This document shows positions 33,044-44,338 of a stretch of DNA of 64,000 nucleotides, in pieces. Source of the DNA: Mayamaea pseudoterrestris (Eukaryota); assembly GCA_027923505.1 (NCBI GenBank), contig BROI01000001.1, positions 186,001-250,000 on the forward strand, read 5' to 3'. The notes under the pieces were generated by a model. That model did no database searches, was not told where the DNA came from, and was given only the letters and a program-made list of their open reading frames with translations. Within the stretch, counting starts at the first letter, position 1; each line of letters opens with the position of its first letter. The position numbers were made by a program, and so were the translations under genes.

Positions 33044-34101
33044 TTGCCGCATACATGTTTGATGTTGTTTCCAGGGGACAATCCCTGCTGGCTAAAAAGA
33101 AGTCACAAAAATTCACCACACAACAAGATCCCACGCCTCTCTGTACCAAATCATTGGTAACTTACCTGAACTCAGCCCATTCATTCCTGGAGACATTTGT
33201 ACAACGCAGATTTTCGATCCAAGACCCTCGCGGCTCGGGCCACCATCCCTTACTGGCTGATATTCTGGACAGTCGTCGGAAATGGCAAACAACCAAGGAA
33301 AAACGCGAGCCATACACACATCGCATGTTTGACTTCCTCTACCAGTCTGTTTGTGCAGCAGCCACCACGGACACAACGGCGCACCTGGATCTGGAAGCCT
33401 CTGTTCTTGACTGGACTTGCCTTGGCGTATTCACCGGATCACGTGCTAACGAATATGCACAGTCCACCGCCAAACGTGGCCACTTTAGCAAAGTACCCAA
33501 CAGCAGAGATGCTGGTCAATGGGCAGGTTGGCCATTAGGCTTTGTGGACCTCGACTTTGTTTATTATACAAAAAGCAACGTTCTCCTGCCACATTCCATG
33601 TTACATAAAGCAGGCGACAGTGCGTACGAATTACACATTCGTTTCCGGTTTGACAAAAGCCAAAACAATTTTACGATTCGCAAGTATCGACGCTTGGGTC
33701 ATAAATTAATCTGCCCTATCCGGGCCAGCATTTCGCTGATTCTACGTGCCAAAATCCTTCACAAAGCACCATACGCAGAACCACTTGGAGTTTTTCGCTA
33801 CAACAACAATGGCGACTACCATTACCTCCAGGCGCGCGATGTAATCCGTGTAACGCGGCAGGCAGTGATTGGCGCTTACCCAAACCCAAACCACTTCCTA
33901 CGACTCAACATTACACGAATTGTTGCACATTCAAATCGCGTTACGGCAGCGGTAGCACTCAATAACTCTGGTATGAGCATTGAAGAAATAGCGTTTCGCT
34001 TACGCTGGTCACCACCTTCGGTGCACCATTATTTACGTGAATGTTCAGAAAAAATTGGTACACTTACCAGCAATGCCATTAAAGGCGCAATAATGCTATA
34101 A
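32842..34101 (+). CDS. Tyrosine recombinase (DIRS-type integrase), overlapping the end of RT/RH
   Basis: Catalytic set R (GSRANEY), K (FDKS), HxxR (HSNR), RW and Y (RWSPPSVHHYLR); first ATG at 32842. Confidence 0.93.
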   Translation: MQHLPSGARLAFDNLLRDRRERERGDIRSKNDKTFDSRAKNFGEWAIDAGFTDESLTALAPGQEISVIAAYMFDVVSRGQSLLAKKKSQKFTTQQDPTPLCTKSLVTYLNSAHSFLETFVQRRFSIQDPRGSGHHPLLADILDSRRKWQTTKEKREPYTHRMFDFLYQSVCAAATTDTTAHLDLEASVLDWTCLGVFTGSRANEYAQSTAKRGHFSKVPNSRDAGQWAGWPLGFVDLDFVYYTKSNVLLPHSMLHKAGDSAYELHIRFRFDKSQNNFTIRKYRRLGHKLICPIRASISLILRAKILHKAPYAEPLGVFRYNNNGDYHYLQARDVIRVTRQAVIGAYPNPNHFLRLNITRIVAHSNRVTAAVALNNSGMSIEEIAFRLRWSPPSVHHYLRECSEKIGTLTSNAIKGAIML

Positions 34102-34371
34102 TAAAATTACACCTTTACATTTACCCATTCTTCCTTGCATTGGGAATTTGAGGATTGGACAATTCAAGTTTGCATCCAAGGGCACTGACTCCCCCGAGTT
34201 CAGCTCGTCCTGGCGCTCCTCACCTGACGTCCTCCCTTTCCCAACATTGCACTGACCAGGACCTTTTCTCCTTTCTTTCCCATGCTTCTTTCTTCTTCCT
34301 TTCCGCGGTTCTTGCCACAGGCACTCTGTTGTTGTGGCTTGACGCCTTCAGCCTTGCTCGCTGAGTCGTGT

Positions 34372-34603
34372 GGGTTGTGGCGAATCCTGCAAGACAGGAT
34401 TCTCCTCAGGCGTCATCCATGACGTGTCTCCTGCTCTGGGAACCCGGAGTCCACTCCGTGTTCCTCAAACCATGCGACCCGACTCTCGCTACACTCGTCG
34501 AGCCACCTGAGGCACGAGCAAGTCTAAGCGCGCCAACGCGCGCAACACTTTGGAAGAACGAAGCAGCCGAGCGACGGAGGGCAATCAGCGCCCACGCTGA
34601 TTG
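34372..34603 (+). repeat. Split direct repeat B1 (232 bp)
   Basis: Identical by eye to 34847-35078. Confidence 0.95.
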
Positions 34604-34833
34604 TCCGGCTTAGAGCGGATGCACAGAGGAGCCCGCCCTAGGGACTACCCGTAGGAAACCTACGGGTAAAGTAGCAGACACAGTTTGGATGACATTGAGA
34701 TTGCCGCTAGGACATTGCGATTGCTGCTGCGACACTTGGACATCCCTCCAAGCCATCGGCTTTCAGCGGCAAGCCATTCCTTTCGGATCAGCTCTTGCAC
34801 CCTTGTTAGCAATAGCATCTCCGTTTTTGTTCC
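34604..34833 (+). repeat. Split direct repeat A2 (230 bp)
   Basis: Copy of A1, directly abutting B1. Confidence 0.95.
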
Positions 34834-34846
34834 CCCCCACCCACCC

Positions 34847-35078
34847 GGGTTGTGGCGAATCCTGCAAGACAGGATTCTCCTCAGGCGTCATCCATGACGT
34901 GTCTCCTGCTCTGGGAACCCGGAGTCCACTCCGTGTTCCTCAAACCATGCGACCCGACTCTCGCTACACTCGTCGAGCCACCTGAGGCACGAGCAAGTCT
35001 AAGCGCGCCAACGCGCGCAACACTTTGGAAGAACGAAGCAGCCGAGCGACGGAGGGCAATCAGCGCCCACGCTGATTG
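34847..35078 (+). repeat. Split direct repeat B2 (232 bp), right end of the element
   Basis: Copy of B1, separated from A2 by a 13-nt C-rich spacer. Confidence 0.95.
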
Positions 35079-35267
35079 ATTTTTTCCACAGCTTGAGCAG
35101 ATCGTTCACTATAAACACGACCATTCACACTGCTACATCTGTTGAAAACTCGACGATTTTATACACGCAAGGCCAAATATGTTTTCATAGCATAAACGCT
35201 TACGAACGTTTTAGGCGCTTCAACGATGCACGAAGCAGTCGTCGCGCGCAGTTTACAGCACCATCAT

Positions 35268-36301
35268 TTATTTCCATATATTTTCATGACAATGCACCAA
35301 CAACTCGCGCGCCACGTTATTGATATGGGCGAACCGTTTTGGTCCAAGCGAAATTCCACCAAACCATCGCGACACCACGACCAAAACGTTTGTTTCGCGT
35401 CGAAGCTCCAGCAAGTGACCAAGGCGAGACCCGGCAGTTGTTGTAGCAGTTTCTGGTGTGGCGCTGTCGTGGTGAATGATTGTTTCGTGAAGATGTGCAA
35501 TCGAAGGTTTACTGCTTGCTTTTTGTTGATGCGGAACCGTCTCCAGTATTCGATATGTCCACTGAAAAGAGTGACACAAGTAGAACAATGAAATGCATTT
35601 GATAGTGGTTTATCATGTGAATAGCAGCTTTTTTGACGTACCATGTTGTGCGTGGCTTTCTGAAGCTTGTTGTTGCTGGATAGCAGCTGCTGCAGGGCAG
35701 GTTGAACGTCGGCTTCGCAATGTAGTCGACAAACATGCGCGACAAAGGTGGACTTTCTGTCATGCAACGGTTCTCCAGTGATCCAAGTATATGCATTTGA
35801 AGATGATTCGGTTGGACAAGGCGAACATGCATTTTGATGCGTCGTCATTTCGTTCCTGTTCCTGGTCGGTTCTGTTTTACGCGACTCGTCCAACGGTGCT
35901 GCAGACATGGATCCATCGGCCATCACTTGACTATTCCAAGTATCAAGTGCTGCGGAAACGCAAGCAAAGGATCCTTCCACTCCATCTTCGAGACATTGAT
36001 TTGCTATAGAGCGAACGATCGACACGGTGTCATCCATTCGGTTCTTCTCGTCGGGACTGCTCCGATACGACGAAATCTGGATATTAGTTTCAGCTGGATA
36101 TCCTTTAACTATCTCAAGAATGATGCGAGCTGACGAAGATAGGTGAAGAGTCCATTGCAAGGGAAAGAAGCAAGTTGCATCGTGTGCAGTCGCAAGCAGT
36201 TTTTGACGAGTCGATTCGTCAACCTCGATTTCATCGGGATAGGCAGCCAGTAGCATTTCCAAATCAGCTTTAGCTTGTTCCACTGACTCTTGTTGGTCCA
36301 T
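35268..36301 (-). CDS. IMPACT/YIH1-like protein (RWD plus UPF0029 domain); intron 35562-35641
   Basis: ELEML.AAYP-like and GYP (RWD); DRKSTFVAH, KATHNM|WTYR, AGSRL..LL, VVVSRWFGGISLGPKRFAHI. Confidence 0.88.
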
Positions 36302-36979
36302 CTCGAGGTGACAAACTACTATAAACGAGTAGGAAGGCAGCCATTAGGAATTAGGACACGCCATTCGCGATCATTATGGTGAATCTCGTCCCAAGCGAAG
36401 AAACACCGTCGGACAAAGTCGCACCGTTATCGGTGAAAGCACGATTCAGCTACCCATTGGCTGCCTTGCTTGCTCCAAACGACGTGTAGCACAATACATG
36501 TTGCTGAACCCGCCCCATAAAATTGTCACCGCCCTACAAATGTAACGATTGCCATACATTTTAATAAAGTTTATGGCTGAGGTGTCGGGTCACTGCCTCC
36601 TTGTCATCATCTGCTGCAGTGCAATTGACTTTCGTTCATTGTCGCATTGCAGTCAACCGAGGGATCAGCCAGGCATTCTATTTGTAGTAGACGGTCGGAA
36701 ATGTCGCAAGAGGACGGTCTAGAATGGTGCTGGCGCCACCCTTATGTGGTTCGGAGTATCTCTTTGTATCGTGCTTGTGTTTGCACGATTGATCGAAAAC
36801 TCGTTCCTTCCACTCTACTTATTCTAATTATGCTGAGTGTCTTATAATATCAGTCATTCTTTAATAGTAAATCGTTTTCTATGCATGTTAACTAAAACGC
36901 TGAATCAACACAAAGATCGCTTTAAAACGACCAGGGACTCTAGCGCCAAAACCAGATTTTTTTCTGGAGACAAAGTGCT

Positions 36980-38259
36980 TTACGCAGTCGACGTCAAAAC
37001 ATTGGCGTCGGCTCCAACCGCAGAGTACACAAAGCTAAAGTCGCATCCGTGAACGTTGGCAAAGTTGGCCGAGCCGCTGTTCTGAAGCTTGGTGCAGAAA
37101 GCCTTCTTGAACGCAACTTCCATCAGCTCAAGTTGCTTGGGGGTTGCAAGATTGAGCGCATCGTCGGAGTTGCAGCGGTTGCACTGCCAAGAGCGGACGT
37201 GGGCAAGGACAGCCTGAAAAGGTAAGCGGGAGAAAATATTGAGGTGAGATATCGGTGTAAGTGACAAAGCTTTTGAGCCAGATCAGAGACAAACAAATCC
37301 ATCCACATATCCTCAAACTTACCGTGCTGCTTGAGGATGTCTCATCATCGCTGTTGCAGCGGCGACATTGGGTGACAGGAGCCATGTCAATGTTGGCAAA
37401 GGCTTCGATCGAGTGCATGTTGTATCCCGCGCTCAAAAACGCGTCATTGTAGGCGGCCGTGACGGCTTGGTTGAAAATGTCGGCATCGTCGCGGCTGAAA
37501 TCATGGAGCAAACCCTTGAGCGAGATCTGAGCATGGTCGGCCTTGTCAGCAACAGTCATGTCCAAGAAGGAGACCGAGCAGTCGCGAGCATGCGCCAAAA
37601 CCTTGGAGCCAGAGTCGCGGAGCTTTTCGCAGAACTTGGCGCTAAGCTGCTCCTGGAGAGTGCCTTCGGCTTCATCGTGCGCAAGAGCATCATCAGAGTT
37701 GCAGCGGCGGCACTTTTGAAAGAATAGGAGGGGAGGAGCCAGTGAGAAGAATGTGCGAAAGTTGGAATTTTGACGCCCGACGTTTTCGCTAACTTACCTG
37801 TTCGAATCCGACGCGGCCAACGACCATGGCACCCTGCTTTGATCCCGAAACTTTCATATCATCATCACTGTTGCAGCGGCGGCACCTGTAGTGATTAGAA
37901 GGAGTGATAATAGGTGAGCACAAGTATGTAGCGCAAGCAAGAAAACACTTTTTTCGCGCAGCGGCAAAAACTTACTGCGAGAGCTCGGGAATCTCCACGG
38001 CAATGTCCGCCATGGACTCGGGCTCGAACGAAACCATGTGGCTCTCCGGAGTGGCAAGGAGCTCGTTGTAGGCCGACTTGAAACTGGCGCTAATAATGTC
38101 CACGTCTTCCGGGGTGGTTTCCGCCTTGAGGCCAAAGACGGCGAGGCGCGCGTCAGTAAACTGCGAGGGAGTGGCGTCGGTAGTCTTGGCGATGGAGCGA
38201 AGGTTAAACTTGGAGGCAGATGCCAAGAAGACGGAAGCGGCGAGGATGGTGATCTTCAT
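36980..38259 (-). CDS. Secreted protein with a duplicated domain and four CxRCNSDD motifs; 4 exons (38259-37976, 37885-37798, 37712-37323, 37213-36980)
   Basis: Signal peptide MKITILAASVFLASAS; three GTAAGT..AG introns join the ORF fragments in frame. Confidence 0.82.
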
Positions 38260-38864
38260 GTTGTTTGTTGTTGTTGGTTGTGAAGTGCTTGTGAGCTGAT
38301 GCGGATTGGAAATTGTGAGACGAAAATGGTTTCGGCGCATTTTGAGCATCGCTTTCGGAAGTCGTGGAAACTGCGTATAAATGTCTACCACGCCGTTGAA
38401 CAGCTACTCGTGTCTCTGTAGCTTGCGTTTATCTACTGGATTGTTAGTAGTCTTGACTAGGGACACGTAGAAGCCTCACCGGCGCATGTGTAGACCATGT
38501 TCTACGAGATAACGTGTAGACGCTGTTACCACGTGTATATTTCCTACCGGACCACAGGTAAGCATCGCCTTGGTCATTCAGCCATTTGTCCCGCGGAAGA
38601 GTGACCGGAACATAGCTTTGGGACCGGAGAAAACGCGTAGAAAGCGTACCAAAAGGTAGAAAGTGTACTGCTGCCAACGTAGAAGCTGTCGTGATCGAGA
38701 ATGGGATACCGGTACGATAGCTTCTGATTAACACCGATGCGACACAAAAAACTTCTTCATGGCAGCTTCGCTTCGTCGCCACCATGATGGACCATGAGAT
38801 CCATGTCGGTCGGCATCGACGCATCTGTGTCGCCTCTTCACTACAAAATAACCATTTTAAAACA

Positions 38865-40191
38865 ATGAGACTGTATGAGAAGGCGATACTGTTTCTCTCG
38901 TTGATACTTTTGCTCGGTGTCACGAACAGCGACGAGCAACAAAACGTCTGTCAACTGCATGTTGATGGCACCTGCCAACAACCGCAACATGATCATGTCG
39001 AGAGTCTAGATACAACAAAAGAAATGACAGGCCAAGACCCATCTATAGCTAATGAGTATACAACCAGTAATATGCCGACTTCCACTGCAGAGTCCTTCGG
39101 TGAGCCGCAAGACATTGCAGCTTCAGATGCACATCAACAAAGGTTTCGCGACATGGTCGAGTACATGACAGAGGTAGTCTACAAGAACGAATCCTACATC
39201 TCCGTCCGCGATGCTTGTCGTAATCAAGACGCCAACTGCATCTTTTGGGCCGTGGAAGGGGAATGCGACAAGAATCCGACCTTTATGCAGTTCAAGTGCG
39301 CTCCAGCCTGCAATTCATGCCACTTGCTAGATTTTGAATCGAGATGCTCCACTATAAAGAATGATCCACTGCGAGTCGACATTTGGAAACCAGGAGATCT
39401 TGATGCAACCTTTCAACGAATCGTATCGCAAGAGTCGCCGTACAAGCCCATTGTACTGAGTCAACCGGGCGTGACAAACTCGTTCACCCGACGAGACTCT
39501 CCATGGATCGTTTTGATGGAAAACTTTACCACTCCTTTGGAATGCGAAACACTCATTCAACTCGGATACGATCAAAAGTACGAGCGATCCAAAACTGTTG
39601 GAAATGGTCGCGATCCGGACGGAACGCTGCAACATGTTGGAGACTTTGGCGGACGCACCAGCAAGAACGCCTGGTGTCTGGATGACTGCTACGAACATGA
39701 CGTCGCCCAGCGCGTCATGGAGTGCATGAACAAATTGACGGGTATTCCTAACGCCAATGCCGAGTACCTGCAGCTGCTCAAGTATGAAATTGGCGACTTT
39801 TACGAAACGCATCACGACTACATTCCACTATTGAAGGAGAGTCTACCAGGTCCTCGCATTCTCACCGTTTTCTTGTATTTGAATGACGTGGAGCAAGGTG
39901 GCGGCACGCGCTTCACCGACTTGAACATAACAGTGAATGTCAAGCGGGGGAGTGCGCTGATTTGGCCTTCCGTCTTGAATGATAGACCCAACGACAAGGA
40001 CAAGCGCCTGCACCATGCGGCACTTGTTGTGGAGCAAGGCGTCAAGTATGGAGCGAATGCGTGGGTAAGATTCACTGGTGTCTTCTTTATTATTGTCGTA
40101 TGTGTTCAACTGGGCGCTGACGCAAGCGTTTCCCTACCTACAGTACCACCAGCGCGACTTTAAAGCTGCTCATGCGCACAACTGTGTCTAA
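38865..40191 (+). CDS. Prolyl 4-hydroxylase with ShK domain; intron 40065-40143
   Basis: Signal peptide; ShK C..WA.EGEC.KNP.FM..C...C..C; HHD, TVFLYLNDVEQGGGT.F, H.A..V..G.KYGANAW. Confidence 0.93.
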
Positions 40192-40686
40192 CACGTTTCG
40201 GCGTGATATGTATGAGCCGGAGTTTCGTCGTGATTTCTGTCGGTGCTGGACCTACGTTGTCATCTTTTCGCCGTCCAAATGATGGTAGTCGAGTCAATGG
40301 CAAAGAGCTTCGTATCTGCGCCGCAAAATTATCTGACTACCGATAAACGTGTCGCTTCTTTCAGCACAGCAAAGAAGCTTGGTGAGTTTTTTCGTGCTGG
40401 TCGAAAGCTGAAGCCATATAGCCGACAGTGGCTGGCCATGAACGGAGTACAGAGTCGTCTAATCGATTGACCGCCATCTACGTCTCTGGAGCTTGACGGA
40501 TCGTGGCGCTTCATCGAGCCTGTAGTTGCTTAAATAAAGCACACTTACAAAGATGAAAAGGACTCAATAGCGGTAGTGAAGTATGCCTGCAAGCTCAAAA
40601 ACAGGAAATGCTTCAGCGGTGCATTCGAAATTTCGAACCGATTGACATGTCCGTTGAGAACCTATGCGACGCTGTTTTCATGATTC

Positions 40687-40716
40687 GTCACGAGGCGCGC
40701 CGGCGCGCCTCGTGAC
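40687..40716. promoter_or_regulatory. Perfect 30-bp palindrome upstream of the Cu-ATPase
   Basis: GTCACGAGGCGCGCC|GGCGCGCCTCGTGAC; a regulatory role is inferred from position only. Confidence 0.45.
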
Positions 40717-40920
40717 CGCGAGTTATGACATGCGCTTTTCCGTGGTGGATGTCTCGATTTGTTTTGTTATTGCACGACCTAGTAAAGGGACTTGCCTGTT
40801 ATTGTCGCTATTACAAAGTCTTCTTTCAGTGTGACTTGCTGATCAGGTCGTTTTATTGTCACTTTTGCTAGCGACGAAGTAAGAAGCAGCCGCAGCGCTA
40901 CCAAGACACGAAACTTGATC

Positions 40921-43900
40921 ATGCCTTCTTCTTCAGCCAATAGCAGCAGCACGAGCGACCAGCATGAAACCACCAACATTACAACCATCCATTTGCATGT
41001 GACTGGCATGATGTGTCAGCGCAACTGCGGATCCACGGTGCAGAATGCGCTCACGTCAATGCCTGGTGTCTGTCGCGCGTACGTTTCCTTTGCGGACCGT
41101 TACGCCAGCGTCGATTTTGTATGCAGTCATGATGCAGCAGCAGCAACATATCGTGAACAATACTATCAAGAGTGTTTGAAGCAAGCAATTGATGCAGTGG
41201 AATGCGTTGGTTTTGATGCCGCGGAGATTTGCGACTTGGAAGCTTACTTGGATGGCGTTCGAGCCGCGGCAGCAATCGAGCAAGAAGACTTGGACGACTG
41301 TGAAACGACGGCACTCTCCAGTCAAGCGAGAGACGTAAACGACAATGGTGACACTTTATTTGATCATGATGATACAAATATATTGCAACTTCAAGTCAGT
41401 GGCATGTCCTGCGCCGTTTGCACCAACCGCGTCGAGTCGGCCTTGCGAAAGGTTTCCGGCGTTGGCTCGGCCACTGTCGTCTTGGCGACAAGTCGCGCCA
41501 TTGTCAAACTGAATCGGCACGATATGTTGAATGGCTCATTGCAGCAACCGCAGCAGCAGCATGATTTGAATCAACGACGACTAGCAGTAGAGCAAGACTG
41601 CATGCGAGCAATCCGCGCCGCTGGCTACGACTGCGAGCCTGTGTCGCTTTCGCAAACCCTTCACCAGGCGGCGCAGCAAATGGACAACGCCAGGACGCAG
41701 GAACTTCTCGTGTGGCGCCGCCTGTTGATCAAGGCGTCATTATTGACCATTCCGTTGGTGGCAATCAATTACTACTCCGTCTATCACAAGAGTGATACTG
41801 ACGTTCCCTACAAGAATTGTATCATGGCAACACTTGGTACGGCCGTGCAGTTTGGCGTTGGTTGGAGGTTCTACAAGGCAGCCTACTTTGGCATGAAGCA
41901 TGGACGATCCATGGGAATGGACTTTTTGGTCGTCATGGGCACCTCCTGTAGTTGGTTGTACAGCATGATTGTGTGGTGTCTTATGCTGGTGCATGGAACG
42001 AGTAGTCACGAGAGCAATGAGAGCAGCAACACCAATGACAACGAACCAATGATGATGATGCCAATGTTTGCTACTGGCGCCATGCTACTGACCTTTGTGA
42101 CACTCGGCAAGTTTTTGGAAGCATTCGCCAAGGGCAAGACGGCGGATGCGCTGCATGTTTTGATGGAGCTGCAACCAAACGTGGCAATCAAGTTTGTCAT
42201 GCCACTGGATGCATCAAAAGACGATGCAACGTTTAATGACGACGCTGTCAAGATAAATTTTGCTGGATTGGAAACAATGGATGTTGACGTGCACACGATT
42301 CAAGTCGGAGATTACTTGAAAATTCTACCGGGCGCACGGATTCCTACGGATTCCGTCATTGTGGCCATTTCGCAAGTAAAGACTTCGTTGGCATCGCCGA
42401 ATGGTTTATCGTCTGCCATGGAACAGGAATTACTGCAACAACAGCAAGCAGCATACATTGATGAATCTGCCTTGTCGGGCGAGCCATTCCCAGTCGCCAA
42501 GTTTGTCGGTGATGTGGTATTTGGATCGACGGTGAATCAGCTTGCGCCACTCGTCGTAAAAGTCACGGCAACGGGGTCTTCCACGGTACTTTCCAAAATT
42601 GTTCGACTCATGGAGGATGCCCAACGAAACAAGGCACCTATTCAGGCGCATGCAGACTACATTGCCAGCATTTTTGCTCCGGTTGTGATGGTGCTGTCCG
42701 TCGTGACATTATGTGCTTGGTTACTCCTCAATAGTGGTTCGATGCAGGATCGACTGTTTGCCGCAATTATGAGTGCTATATCCGTTATCGTCGTAGCATG
42801 TCCATGCGCACTAGGACTAGCCACGCCGACAGCAGTCATGGTGGGTACTGGTGTTGGCGCTCAGAATGGTGTTTTGATCAAGGGAGGCACTGCGCTCGAG
42901 TCGCTGCACATGGCTGACATTATTGTTTTTGATAAAACGGGCACCGTCACGAGTGGAAAGGCCGTTTTGGACGAAACTGTCGTACTCTTGTCGCCAAAGG
43001 AAGCCGCCTCTGACCCTTTGATGCAGAATTTACCACCAACGGTTCAGCCATCCCAAGTCCCTCTTTGGTTGGCTGCGTGCGCTGAAACACAGAGCGAGCA
43101 TCCTTTGGCCAGAGCAGTCGTCAACGCAGCCAAGAAGGAGTGGGGCGGCGATGTGACACAGTTCCAACATGGCGTTGAGGTGGATATGTTTCGTATTGTT
43201 CCTGGACAAGGAGTTGAATGTCGCGTCACGCTGCATGGTTGGGGGTCAAGATACGTACGAGTAGGCTCGTTGGAATGGACTAAATTGAGCGTCAATCAAG
43301 ATAGAAGTTTGACGTCATCGTTCAATTCGACTGGAGACAACGATGCATTTCGACTTCGTTCCTGTGGCCGCGTTGCTGTTTACGTTAGTGTTGTTGACGA
43401 CGATCCCACAGGGATTTACCGGAGGACAATTGCGGTTCTCGGAATTGTTGATCCAGTACAGAAAGAAGCTCGGGTTACCGTTGCCGCATTGAAACACATG
43501 GGCATTGAAGTTTGGATGTGCACAGGGGACGATCGAATAACCGCCCAAGCCGTGGCGAGGGAAATTGGAATTGAGGATGACAATGTTCGAGCAAATATCT
43601 TACCAGAAGGAAAGGCGGAGATGGTTTGCCAGCTACAAAATGGACCATTAAGCGGTGGGAACAAACAGAAAACTCTACGGCGGCGACGGGTGGTGTTCGT
43701 TGGGGATGGAATAAACGACTCAGTCGCCTTGGCACGAGCAGGTATGCTTAATAGTTTGGCACTTGAGGTGTCTGTATTGCGATATTCTCGTGTATATCTC
43801 ATCGACGTGTACTCGACACTTTTGGTTTTCGGTAAAACACAGATGTCGGTATCGCTATCGGTGCCGGAACTGAGGTAGCAATTGAAGCTGCGGACGTTGT

Positions 43901-44294
43901 ACTGATGCGGTCAACTGTGAGTGATGTTGTTGTTGCAATTCACTTGTCTCGGGTTGTATTTCGAAGGATCATGCTCAATTTCTTTTGGGCGACGGGCTAC
44001 AATGTCTTTGCATTACCATTTGCTGCTGGTATAATGTACCCATTCACTGATTTCCGAATACCTCCTGAGTTTGCTGGACTAATGATGGCGTTTAGCAGTG
44101 TTTCGGTGGTCACGAGTAGTTTATTGCTCCGAACTTACAGACGGCCAGTAATTCTTGACAGCGGTGTGTTCGCGGATGAATGCAGCTTCTGGTCAACTGC
44201 TTCCCTCGCAAAATACTACCATCTGAAAGCATTCGTCGCTGGCGAGGCGCGATATCAAAATTTAAGGAAGGAAGCAGTTATCGAATTAGTCTAG
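40921..44294 (+). CDS. Copper-transporting P1B-type ATPase; intron 43742-43842
   Basis: HMA motifs GMMCQRNC and GMSCAVC; CPCALGLATP, DKTGT, SEHP, GDGINDS, YN..MAFSS. Confidence 0.96.
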
Positions 44295-44338
44295 CTTAAC
44301 TTTTCCAATTTATATCCAATATAGCCTATTTGGTATAA

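Larger units (their letters stand above)
26277..35078 (+). mobile_element. Full-length tyrosine-recombinase (DIRS order, Ngaro/PAT-like) retrotransposon with split direct repeats
   Basis: A1-ORF1-ORF2-RT/RH-YR-B1-A2-B2 arrangement; repeats nearly identical; no target-site duplication visible. Confidence 0.95.

Noticed and set aside
34335..34390. HDV-like ribozyme at the start of B1 (CAGCCTTGCTCGCTG ... GGCGAAT)
   Set aside because: Resembles P3/L3 and J4/2, but I could not build consistent P1, P2 and P4 pairings
26277..35078. Interpretation as an LTR retrotransposon, prophage or integron
   Set aside because: No DDE integrase, PBS/PPT or TSD; RT/RH plus YR plus split repeats fit the DIRS order; context is eukaryotic
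34372..35078. CRISPR array or simple tandem repeat
   Set aside because: Units are about 230 bp in B-A-B order, with no repeat-spacer periodicity
34368..35079. Short ORFs inside the A and B repeats
   Set aside because: By-products of GC-rich repeats, mostly non-ATG starts, no motifs
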